From Acidobacteriota bacterium (GTDB taxonomy: Bacteria > Acidobacteriota > UBA6911 > RPQK01 > JAJDTT01), in assembly GCA_965263035.1 (NCBI GenBank), contig OZ253580.1, forward strand, positions 5,824,001 through 5,888,000: 64,000 nt of DNA, written 5' to 3'. Of the stretch, positions 43,793 to 53,363 are shown piece by piece. The translations under genes were made by a program, and so were the position numbers. Under the pieces are notes generated by a model. The model saw only the letters and a program-made list of their open reading frames with translations, was not told the DNA's origin and searched no databases. Position 1 is the first letter of the stretch. Every line of letters begins with the position of its first letter.

Positions 43793-46751
43793 TAGCAAGA
43801 GAAGATGTGCCGGTAGATTTGTCGAATGGCGGCGGTTTCGATCCGATAGCGCTCCAGAAGCGAGTCCCCCGAGTCCAAACCCATGAGCCGAGCCGTGATT
43901 GCACACCGGGACGGATCGCGGGGTAGTCTGGTCACCGGACTTTCAGCCAGTAGTCGCTGCAGAGCCTCGAGGTGGAAGAGAAATCCCGCGCCCCGGCTCA
44001 GGACCCTCCCCTCGTCAGGATCGAGATGACCCGACTCGACAAGTCTGGTGATGCCGACCCGAGTCCCGCTTCCCTCGATCCCGTGTTGCAGCTGCCGATA
44101 CTTTACCACGAACTGGATATCCATCAGCCCACCGCGGCCAACCTTGAAATCGTAGTTGACTCCATCTTTTTCCTTTCCCACCTCCCGCTCCTTGCGCCGG
44201 CGGACATGGTCCAGATCCCGAACCTGGTCCGGGGTGAAGGGCTGGACGTTCCAGATCAGAGGCCTCAGGTCCAGGGGTCTTCCCTGACTGTAGAGAGGAC
44301 GAAGACTGGCGTAGGCCATTCGTTCCAGGGGTCGGCTCGGGTAGCGAAGTAGCGCTCAAGCGCCGGGAAGGGAATTGCCAATGCCCCGTGGCGTCCATCG
44401 GGACGCAACCGGAAATCCATCAGGTACGCCCTCCCCTGATCAGTGTAGGTCTCCAGCTCCTGAATCAGTCTTCGAACCAGGCGCACGAAGAGTATGGACA
44501 GATCCTTGTCCGGACGGAGTCCGTAAACCAGCAACAGATCCAGATCGGAGTGATAGGTCATCTGCCGCTCTCCCAGCTTTCCCAGAGCCAGGAGGCTGAA
44601 CGTCTCTTCCCGAAGGGCAGGGAAGTCCTGGAGAATCTCTCGCATGACGTGACGGAGACAGCTGTCGGCCAGATGACTGAGGCGGAGCCTGGTCCCGGCG
44701 GTCCCCGGTTCCAACAGATCGTGGAGCGCCACCTTGAACTCCTCCCGGCGCTTGAAGACCCGCAAACCGTTCCTCCGATCCTTGGCCCCCTCAGCCAACT
44801 GCTCCAGCGATTTCCGCATCCCGAGAGCATCGTCCTCCAAGGGCGGAAGCCGAGAGACCGAATCCAGCAACTCGGGGTTGTGGATCAGGGTCTCGGACAA
44901 AAACTCACTGGTCGCCAACACGGTCAGAAGGGTCTTCCGGAAAAGGCGGTTCTCTATGAGTTCGGAATAGAGGTCGGCTCGAGCATTGAGCGACTCGCTG
45001 AAGCGGTCCAGGCGGGTGAACAGGTGAGAGGCTTTCGGAGCGAGGCCGATGTATTCGACCAGGTTAGGCACCAGGTTGGCCAGAAGATTCCTCATCCGGC
45101 TGGGCGAATGGGGAAAAGACGGGGCCTTCTCCAGAACGGCGATGCCCTCCAGGACACTCTCGTCGCGGATCCCGTTGGCTCGGAGAATCTCCAACGCCTC
45201 CTCGCGGTTCATATCCGAATTGAGCACCAGCCGTTCCAGGCCGCGCCGGGTCGGATCCTTTCCGAACAACGACTCGAAGATTCGCTGGACCTGGCTCTTC
45301 CTCCGCTCCAGTTCTTCCAGGAACGAGTCGGTCTCCGGCTCGGCCGCCGGACCGCTCGTTCCGGCGCCGAAGCCCAGACGCCGAGCCAGGCGCAGCAGCT
45401 TGCCGGGATCCCGGGGAAGACGATGGGTCTGCAGGTCATGGACGAGTTGCAACTTGTGCTCGACGTCGCGGAAAAACAGGTAACTGCCGCGAAGCGTGCG
45501 ATGGTCGTCGGCAGAGATGAGTCCGCCGTCCAGCAAGTGGTCCAGGGCGTCCAGGGTGTTGGGGGTTCTGAGCCCAGGCTGGGACCCACCGTAGAGAAGT
45601 TGGAAGGCCTGCGCGAAAAACTCGATTTCCCGAATTCCGCCCCGGCCCAACTTGACGTCCCACGTCTCGCTCCCCCCCTGCTCCGACTGGCGCTCCGCTC
45701 GCCGCTTGAGCCACCGAACCTCCTCGATGGCAGCAAAATCCAGATATCGCTTGTAAACGAATTCCTCCTGAACGATTCCCACCAATTTGCCGCCCAACGC
45801 GGCGCTTCCCGCCACGTGCCTGCACTTGATCAGGGACCAGCGGTCGGGTGTGTCCCCCCAGGTCTGGTAATAGGAGCGGTAGGCATCCAGCGAATATACG
45901 ATCTCCCCGGATCTGCCCATGGGCCGCAACCGGAGGTCGACTCGGTAAAGCCTTCCCTCGGCCGTAATGGTGGACAGGGCCCGCGTCAGATCGCGGGCAA
46001 AGCGGGCCGTGCGTCCAAAATCGGTCCCGTCGGCACGGACGTACAAGAGATCCACGTCGGAGCTGAAATTCAGCTCTTCTCCTCCCAGCTTCCCCAGGGC
46101 CAGCCCTGAAATGTCGGATTTCGAATCCAGTCCCGCCGGCGCCAGGATGTCGAAGGTCCGCTCCAGCACGGCGTCGGCGAGGTGGGACACCTGGCGAGCC
46201 GTCTGGTCCGGCGTGCAGAAACCCAGGATGTCCTGCGCCGCAATCCGGAGAGTCTCTTGCCGGCGAAGCCGGCGAAGCGACTCGAGAGCCGCCTCCGAAC
46301 CTTCGGGCGGACCCGCCGCCCGGGCCCGCGCAAGGAAGTAATCTCTGTCTGGAATCGATTCGAGCCGTTTCCCCTCCAGGAGCCAATCGACGTAGTCGGG
46401 GCTCCGCAGCAGGAGTTGGGCCAAGTAGGTCGAGGCTCCCAGAATCCGGGAGAGGGTTCTCAGCGCACGCGGTTTTTGACTCAGCAGGTCGAGAAAAGCA
46501 TTAGGACTGGACGCCGATTCGATCAGCGTTGCCAGATGGGGGATCACGGCGTCCGGATCGGCGGCTCGAAGGGCCTCCCGAAACGGATTCTCGGCCAATT
46601 CGGGCCATTCGTGGAGGTCACCGCCCACACGGCGAATTGCCTGAAGACTTGGAGCGACTCTGGAGGGGTTGCGAAAACCGGACTGGGCGAGAACCCGGCT
46701 GATCTCCTCGTTGGAAAAGCGGGAGGACAGAAACAATTCCCGGGCGCGCAT
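43792..46751 (-). pseudogene. glnE: GS adenylyltransferase/removase split by a 1-nt frameshift at ~44325
   Basis: Two nucleotidyltransferase domains (GKLGG.ELNFSSDVD, DLRLRP, KLGRGGIREIEF; GKLG..MTYHSDLD, DFRLRP). The C-terminal part (DFKVGRGGLMDIQF) is in ORF 43792..44319. Adding one G restores PWERMAY. Confidence 0.88.
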
Positions 46752-46814
46752 TCCAGACGATTCTAGCAACCCCTGGCAGAAGCCGTCACGGCATCAGACC
46801 GGTCCCGGCGCTAG

Positions 46815-48579
46815 CCCGGATATCTCATCAGAAAGATTGATAAAGGCCGCGTTTTCTGCTATAAGTGTTGTGTAATCAATAACTTACAAAGCAGAAGGGA
46901 CGCGACCTTATGACCGCAGAGTGTACCAGAATAAAGCTCAGATTTCAGGGCCTGGACGGACGGGATGTCGTGGGCCGGTTCGACGGCGGCGAGATCACCT
47001 CCGACGCCGGTGGCGTGCTCCTGCGCGAAGTGGAGCAGCGGACCCGGATTCTGGGTCGTCTGAGCGAATGCTTCACCGACTATCGAGACTCGGATCGAGT
47101 CGAACACCCGGTGGAGGCGTTGATCAAACAGCGGGTGCTGGGGCTGTGCCTGGGCTACGAGGACCTCAACGACCACGACGAGTTGTGCCGGGACCGGCTC
47201 TTGGCGCTGTTGTGTGATCGAGATGATCTGACGGGGGAGTTCCGGCGCGTGGAGTCGGATCGAGGCAAGCCGCTGGCAGGCAAGAGCACCCTGAACCGAC
47301 TGGAGCGGACTCCGTTGGAGGGACCGGAGGGCGCGTACAAGAAGATCGTGGCCGACCCGGCGGGGATGGACGAGCTGCTGCTGGAGGTGTTTGTGGAAGC
47401 GCATCCGGAGCCCCCGGAGGAGGTGATCCTGGATGTAGACGCCACGGACGATCCGCTGCATGGGAAGCAGGAGGGACGGTTCTTCCACGGCTATTACAAA
47501 CGCTACTGCTACCTGCCGCTGTACGTCTTCTGTGGGGAACACCTGTTGCGTGCGCGGCTGCGCACGGCGGATCGAGGCGCGGCCCACGGGGTGGTGGCGG
47601 AGTTGGAACCAATCGTGAGGCGGCTGCGTGAAGCGTGGCCCCAGGTGCGGATCACGGTTCGAGGGGACAGTGCCTTCTCCAACGACGAGTTGATGGTCTG
47701 GTGCGAGAAGGAAGGGATCGATTACGTCCTGGGGTTGGCGCAGAACGATCGGCTGAAGCGGAGGATCGCGACCCGGATGGAGACCGTCCGGCAGTTGCAG
47801 CGGGCGATCGGGAAGGCCGTGAGGCAGTTCCAGGAACTGCGCTATCAGACGCACAAGAGTTGGTCGTGCGAGCGCCGGGTGGTGGCGAAGGTGGAGCACC
47901 TGCCCCGGGGAAAGAACCCGCGATTCATCGTGACTTCGGTCCCGGTCCAGGAATGCGATGGGCGAAGATTGTACGAGGAGGTCTACTGCGCGCGGGGAGA
48001 CATGGAGAATCGGATAAAGGAACAGCAGATGGGTCTGTTTGCGGACCGCACGTCGACCCGGAAGCTGGCGGGGAATCAACTGCGGTTGTATTTCTCGGCA
48101 TTCGCCTACGTGATGATGGAGACGTTGCGACGGGTGGGGCTGGCGGGGACGAAGCTGGCGCGGGCGCAGAGCTGGACCCTGCGGGTGAGATTGCTGAAGA
48201 TCGGGGCACAGGTCCGGATCACCAGCCGCAAGGTCTGGTTGTCCTTTTCCGAGAGCTATCCGTATGCGGCGCTGTTGAGGACGGCTCTGACGCAAGTGCA
48301 AGCCCTCCCGCTTCGCTGTTAGCAACGGATGGAAAGAACTCTTTGGACGATGGCGACTTGGGAGTCCCCAGGATGGACTGCGCCCCGGAGTGGGCACCGG
48401 GTCGAGAGTCGTCGCTCAGAAGCGCAGGATGGGCGTCAAAAGGCTCTGGAGAAGCGCTGCATCTGGCCGTTGGTCGGCACGTTCGAGCACGAAAACTGCC
48501 TCTTGAACTCGTATGGATAAAGAATCACCCAGACGACGGTTCAACTTCCGTTTATTGTTCTACTGATGAGAAATGCAGG
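46815..48579 (+). mobile_element. IS1380-family element, intact (transposase 46910-48322)
   Basis: FDGG.ITSDAG, GYEDLND, DVDATDD, RGDS, Y..RG..EN.IKE. IRs CCCGGATATCTCATCAG / CTGATGAGAAATGCAGG. CTAG on both sides. Confidence 0.95.
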
Positions 48580-48583
48580 CTAG

Positions 48584-48742
48584 GAGTCTGCGCAGTAGAA
48601 ATGATCGTAGCGAGAAAGTGGGGAATCGAGGCCAGATTTTCTCGATTTGGAGGTGCATAGTTGTTCTATTCGCCGAGAAATCGAGGAAATATGGACCGAT
48701 TCTACTGCTTTCGCAGTAGATCAATTTCTGCGGCGCAGGCTC
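48584..48742. mobile_element. 159-bp MITE flanked by CTAG
   Basis: IRs GAGTCTGCGCAGTAGAAAT-GATC / GATC-AATTTCTGCGGCGCAGGCTC. CTAG at 48580-48583 and 48743-48746. No convincing ORF inside. Confidence 0.8.
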
Positions 48743-48872
48743 CTAGGTGAGACTCTCACCACGGACCGGCAGTGCGGATCCGGAATCGCTGTCCGGGAGT
48801 GGACGGGTCGTTCGGCAACTGGAACGACCCGTCCACGGGCACGGCGGCTGTGGAACCGCAGGGCAGGGAAGA

Positions 48873-50288
48873 TCAGATGTCGAAGTAGAGAGCGAATTCG
48901 TAGGGATGCGGTCTCAGCCGCATGGCATCCACCTCACGCTCCCGCTTATAGCCCAACCAATTCTCGATCACGTCCGGAGTGAAGACATCTCCCTTGAGCA
49001 GGAAGTCATGGTCGGCCTCCAAGGCGTCGAGAGCCTGCTCCAGAGTCCCCGGAACCGACTCCACCTGAGCCATCTGTTCCGGCGGCAGATCGTAGAGGTC
49101 CTTGTCCATGGGATCGGGCGGCATGATCTTGTTCTGAATCCCATCCAGTCCGGCCATGAGCATGGCCGCAAATGCCAAGTAGCCGTTACAGGACGGATCG
49201 GGAGGACGGAACTCGATCCGCTTGGCCTTCTCGCTGCTGGAGTAAGTGGGGATTCGGACGCAGGCGCTTCGGTTGCGCATCGAATAGATGAGATTGACGG
49301 GCGCCTCGTAACCGGGCACCAGCCGCCGGTAGGAATTCGTGGTCGGAGCACCGAAAGCCAGGACCGCGGCGGCGTGCTTGAGGAGTCCGCCGATGTAGTA
49401 GACCGCCTCCTGACTCAGATCGGCATAGGTCCCGGGGCCGTAGAAGACGTTCCTGCCGTTCTTCCAGAGGCTCTGATGGCAGTGCATCCCGGAGCCGTTG
49501 TCCATGAATATGGGCTTGGGCATCAGGGTGACCGTCTTATTGTAACGGCGCGCCACGTTCTTGATGATGTACTTGAACTTCAGCAGCTTGTCTCCCATGT
49601 TGACCAGGGAATCGAAGCGTATGTCGATCTCGCATTGGCCGGCCGTTGCCACTTCGTGGTGATGAACTTCCACCTGGATGTCGGCGTCCTGGAGAGCCAG
49701 CATCATCTCCGTCCTCAGGTCCTGCAGCGTGTCCATGGGAGGAACGGGGAAGTAGCCTTCCTTGTATCGAGGCTTGTAGCCCAGGTTGGGGTTTTCTTCG
49801 CGCCCGCTGTTCCAGAAACCCTCCACCGAATCGATGTAGTAGTAGCCGTGATTGTAGGACTGGCCGAACCGGACGTCGTCCAGGACGAAGAACTCGGGTT
49901 CGGGTCCGAAATAGGCGGTATCGGCGATACCGGTCGACACCAGGTATTTCTCAGCTTTCTGAGTGATGTAGCGGGGGTCCCGGCTGTATGGTTCGTGGGT
50001 GATGGGATCGGCGATGTTGCAGATCAGAATCAGGGTTCTGACCTTGGAAAATGGATCCTCGAAGCAGGTGCTGGGATCGGGGATCAGGATCATGTCGCTC
50101 TCCTGAATCTGCTGAAAACCCCGAATGCTGGACCCGTCAAAACCGAACCCATCGGTGAAGCTGTCCTCGTCCAGATCGCCGGCGGCAATGGAAAAATGCT
50201 GCCACAGTCCCGGCAGGTCGCAGAACCGCAGGTCCACGACCTTGAGCTGCTGATCTCGAATCAGATTGACTACTTCTCTGGCGTCCAT
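48873..50288 (-). CDS. glnA: Glutamine synthetase type I-beta, copy in the gln cluster
   Basis: [47 protein letters not shown] adenylylation motif. AGGAGG RBS. Confidence 0.98.
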   Translation of the reverse strand: MDAREVVNLIRDQQLKVVDLRFCDLPGLWQHFSIAAGDLDEDSFTDGFGFDGSSIRGFQQIQESDMILIPDPSTCFEDPFSKVRTLILICNIADPITHEPYSRDPRYITQKAEKYLVSTGIADTAYFGPEPEFFVLDDVRFGQSYNHGYYYIDSVEGFWNSGREENPNLGYKPRYKEGYFPVPPMDTLQDLRTEMMLALQDADIQVEVHHHEVATAGQCEIDIRFDSLVNMGDKLLKFKYIIKNVARRYNKTVTLMPKPIFMDNGSGMHCHQSLWKNGRNVFYGPGTYADLSQEAVYYIGGLLKHAAAVLAFGAPTTNSYRRLVPGYEAPVNLIYSMRNRSACVRIPTYSSSEKAKRIEFRPPDPSCNGYLAFAAMLMAGLDGIQNKIMPPDPMDKDLYDLPPEQMAQVESVPGTLEQALDALEADHDFLLKGDVFTPDVIENWLGYKREREVDAMRLRPHPYEFALYFDI

Positions 50289-50472
50289 AAGCGAGGTCCC
50301 TCCTTATGCTGGTTTTCAGATTGTTCGTGTAAAGGCAACGAGCGTTGCCAAGCTTCCGCCTGCGGGCATGGTACAACGACTCGTGCCTTCTCGAAAGAAC
50401 CCTCTGATTTTTATTTCGGGAAGCCGTCTTGTCCCCGGGGAAGGGCCATTTCTGTTGGCGAGGAGCTACTGA

Positions 50473-51042
50473 CTATTGCCCTTGGGTCTCCATGAAGTAG
50501 TAGGAGACCAGGTGGAGAATCAGGAAGTGGGCTTCCTCGATGTGGCCCATGTGGGACGAATCGACGTGAATGACACTCCGGGCGCATTCGGAGAGCTCCC
50601 CTCCGGATCTCCCCGTAATGCCGACGGTGTCGATTCCGTTCCGGTTCGCCCAGCGGACGGCATTGATCACGTTCGGAGAGTTTCCGCTGCCACTGAAGGC
50701 CAAGAGCAGGTCTCCGCTGCGGCCGAGGTTCCTCAACTGCTCCACAAAGATCTGGTCGTAGTCGTAGTCGTTGGCTACGGCCGATATCCAGGGAATATTG
50801 TCGGTGAGGGAAAGGACACGGAACCGGGGATTGCGGCCGTGGGAAGCCCCCTTACCCAGATCGTTGGCCAAATGGGATGCGGAGGCCGCGCTGCCGCCGT
50901 TCCCACAGACGAATATCTGTCGCTCGTTCTTCCGGGCCGTCTCCAATCGACTCGCCAGCTCGGCCACCAGATTCTCCGAAACCGTTTTCAGCACATCCAG
51001 CGAGGTCTTCTTGTAGGCCGCGACGTAGCTCTTGATGTCCAT
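50473..51042 (-). CDS. SIS-domain sugar-phosphate isomerase (GmhA-like)
   Basis: CGNGGSAA.ASH, AVAND, SGSGNS.NV. Confidence 0.88.
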   Translation of the reverse strand: MDIKSYVAAYKKTSLDVLKTVSENLVAELASRLETARKNERQIFVCGNGGSAASASHLANDLGKGASHGRNPRFRVLSLTDNIPWISAVANDYDYDQIFVEQLRNLGRSGDLLLAFSGSGNSPNVINAVRWANRNGIDTVGITGRSGGELSECARSVIHVDSSHMGHIEEAHFLILHLVSYYFMETQGQ

Positions 51043-51242
51043 GCCGGAGAATCTCCTCGATCCTTGCGCCGACGATTCGGCTGTGCTCGGAAGCGTAACT
51101 TCCAGCTCGACCCTCCCGCAAGCTCGAGCCGGGCTTCGACGATCTGAGCTGACCGGTCGCTGCCGGACGGGGAACGAGGTGCGCCCAGCCCAACCTGACC
51201 CAGCGAGATCCTGGCGCGAGCCTCGTCCGTTCCATTTCCAGA

Positions 51243-51270
51243 ACGTCGCATAATGAATATTATGTAAACT
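51243..51270. other. dif-like XerC/XerD recombination site
   Basis: ACGTCGCATAA-TGAATA-TTATGTAAACT versus E. coli dif GGTGCGCATAA-TGTATA-TTATGTTAAAT. Intergenic. Confidence 0.85.
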
Positions 51271-51389
51271 ATTGGGACCAGGATCCGGCTCGGGCGGAGT
51301 TCGTAAGAATATCGAAATCAGTTTGTTTTAAAGGGATTTAGATAGATTTGTCTAAGAAGAGTCTGAAGTAAGGGGTCCACGCACGGACG

Positions 51390-51875
51390 CTACATCTTGT
51401 ATTTTCCCATTTCTTCCGGGTTGAGATTCTCCAGCCACTTGCGCACCTCTTCCGGATCCAGGTTTTCCTTGTCCAGAGTGATGTTGCGGCTGTTGTTGAT
51501 GACGTCGTCCGTGACGTAGATGGGGGAGTCGGTTCGGAGGGCCAAGGCGATGGCGTCGCTGGGACGGCTGTCGATGGCGATGGGTTCCCCGTTGAGCTTG
51601 AGATGAATCATCGCGTAGAAGGTGTTGTCCTTGAGCCCCGTGACGACGACCTTGTAGATCTCCGCATCCAGGTGCAGGAGGATGTTCTTGATCAGATCGT
51701 GGGTCATGGGACGGGGCGTGTCGATCCGCTCCACCTGGAGCGCAATGGCGTTGGCCTCGAAGATCCCGACCCAGATCGGCAGAAGCGTGTTCTTCTTCAC
51801 GTCTTGGAGGATGATGATCGGAGAATTGGTGATGGGATCCATCATCAGTCCGCGAATCTTGAATTCTCGCTCCAT
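51390..51875 (-). CDS. Bifunctional nuclease family protein (DUF151)
   Basis: LPIWVG.FEA.AI, RPMTHDL, DSRPSDAIALA. Confidence 0.92.
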   Translation of the reverse strand: MEREFKIRGLMMDPITNSPIIILQDVKKNTLLPIWVGIFEANAIALQVERIDTPRPMTHDLIKNILLHLDAEIYKVVVTGLKDNTFYAMIHLKLNGEPIAIDSRPSDAIALALRTDSPIYVTDDVINNSRNITLDKENLDPEEVRKWLENLNPEEMGKYKM

Positions 51876-51883
51876 GTGGACTC

Positions 51884-53233
51884 CTAGTGGCTTGTCTCGG
51901 GACCGACTCTGGTTCCCAGAAGACTGTTGGCTCCGATACCTGTGACCCGCACCTGGACGAAGGAGCCGGGAGGGTCCTGACCCGGAAAATTGACCACCTT
52001 GTTGGTCGCCGTCCTTCCGAAGATCTTCTCTCCGTCTCTCGAGGTCCCTTCCACCAGGACCTCGAATTCCCTTCCCAGATACCGGTCCCGGTGGATTTCG
52101 AGTTGGATCTCTTTCTGGCGGCGTTGCAACTGCATGAGACGGCGGGTCCGGTCCAGGTCGGTTTGATCGTCCGTCCAGAGCTCGGCGTCCGTGTAGGGCC
52201 GGGGGGAGTATTTGAAGGAGAACATGGACTCGTAGCGGACCGTTTCCAAGAGGCTCATGGTCTGCTGAAAATCGTCTTCCGTCTCCCCCGGAAATCCGAC
52301 GATCACGTCGGTGGAAAACGCAAAATCAGGATTCCAGCGGCGAAAGTTCTCGACGATCTCCAGGTATCTCTCCCGGGTGTACTGCCGCCGCATTCGCTTC
52401 AAAATCGGATCGGAACCGCTCTGGACCGGCAGGTGGACCTGGGAACAAATTCGGGGTTCCTGCGCCATCAGTGCGATGGCGTCGTCGTCGAACTCGCGCG
52501 GATGCGGAGACGTGAACCGGATTCGCCGGATTCCATCGACCCGGGCCACCTGGCCCAGGAGCTGCGCGAAGCGGAACCGGGGCCGCTGCGGGTCTCGATA
52601 ACTGTTGACCGTCTGTCCCAACAGGACGATCTCCACGAATCCCAGATCGGCCGCGCGCCGGACTTCTTCCAAAATGGCTTCGGCGGGCCGATTCCGTTCC
52701 TTGCCCCGGGTAAAAGGCACGATGCAGAAGGTGCAGCGCTTGTTGCAACCCTCCATGATGGTGATCTGGGCTCTGAACCGGCTGGAGCGCAGCACTGGTC
52801 CGATCTCGACCGGTATCGAGTCCGCCAGGAACTCGGTACGGACCCGCCGGGACGGGTCCTGGCCCAAATCCTTGGAATCCAACTCGTCCAGAAGATCGGG
52901 CAACGAGTGGTAGAGGTGGGTTCCCACCACCAGGTCCAGAAACGGAACCTTCTTCAGCATCCGCTCGCCCTCTTGCTGGGCCACGCAGCCCACCACTCCG
53001 ATTCTGAAGTTGTCCTCCCTCCGCTTTCGCTTCTTCATCTGTCCCAGACGGCTGTAGACCTTCTGGGCAGCCTTCTCACGGACGCTGCAGGTGTTGAGAA
53101 GAAAGAGGTCCGCTTCCTCGGGAGTCGAGACCGGAATCATCCCGCGATGAACCAGGAGCCCGGAGATCTTCTCCGAGTCATGCACGTTCATCTGGCATCC
53201 GAAGGTTTCGATGAAAAAGCGCTCAGACTGCAT
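51884..53233 (-). CDS. miaB: tRNA-i6A37 methylthiotransferase
   Basis: TFGCQMN..DS, NTCSVRE.A, CNKRCTFC radical-SAM motif, C-terminal TRAM domain. Confidence 0.96.
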   Translation of the reverse strand: MQSERFFIETFGCQMNVHDSEKISGLLVHRGMIPVSTPEEADLFLLNTCSVREKAAQKVYSRLGQMKKRKRREDNFRIGVVGCVAQQEGERMLKKVPFLDLVVGTHLYHSLPDLLDELDSKDLGQDPSRRVRTEFLADSIPVEIGPVLRSSRFRAQITIMEGCNKRCTFCIVPFTRGKERNRPAEAILEEVRRAADLGFVEIVLLGQTVNSYRDPQRPRFRFAQLLGQVARVDGIRRIRFTSPHPREFDDDAIALMAQEPRICSQVHLPVQSGSDPILKRMRRQYTRERYLEIVENFRRWNPDFAFSTDVIVGFPGETEDDFQQTMSLLETVRYESMFSFKYSPRPYTDAELWTDDQTDLDRTRRLMQLQRRQKEIQLEIHRDRYLGREFEVLVEGTSRDGEKIFGRTATNKVVNFPGQDPPGSFVQVRVTGIGANSLLGTRVGPETSH

Positions 53234-53363
53234 TGATCAGACCCCGCGTGCCCGGAGGCCACGATTCCCCAACCCGACCGGGCTCGAGGCGTTCGGCCCC
53301 CACGTCGGAGTTCATTCTAGCCGAAGCCCGAAAGGCGAAACAATTGAGACGATCAAAACGGGA

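Noticed and set aside
50330-50352. Sigma54 -24/-12 promoter for glnA (TGGCAACGCTCGTTGC)
   Set aside because: GG-to-GC spacing is 11 nt, not the required 10.
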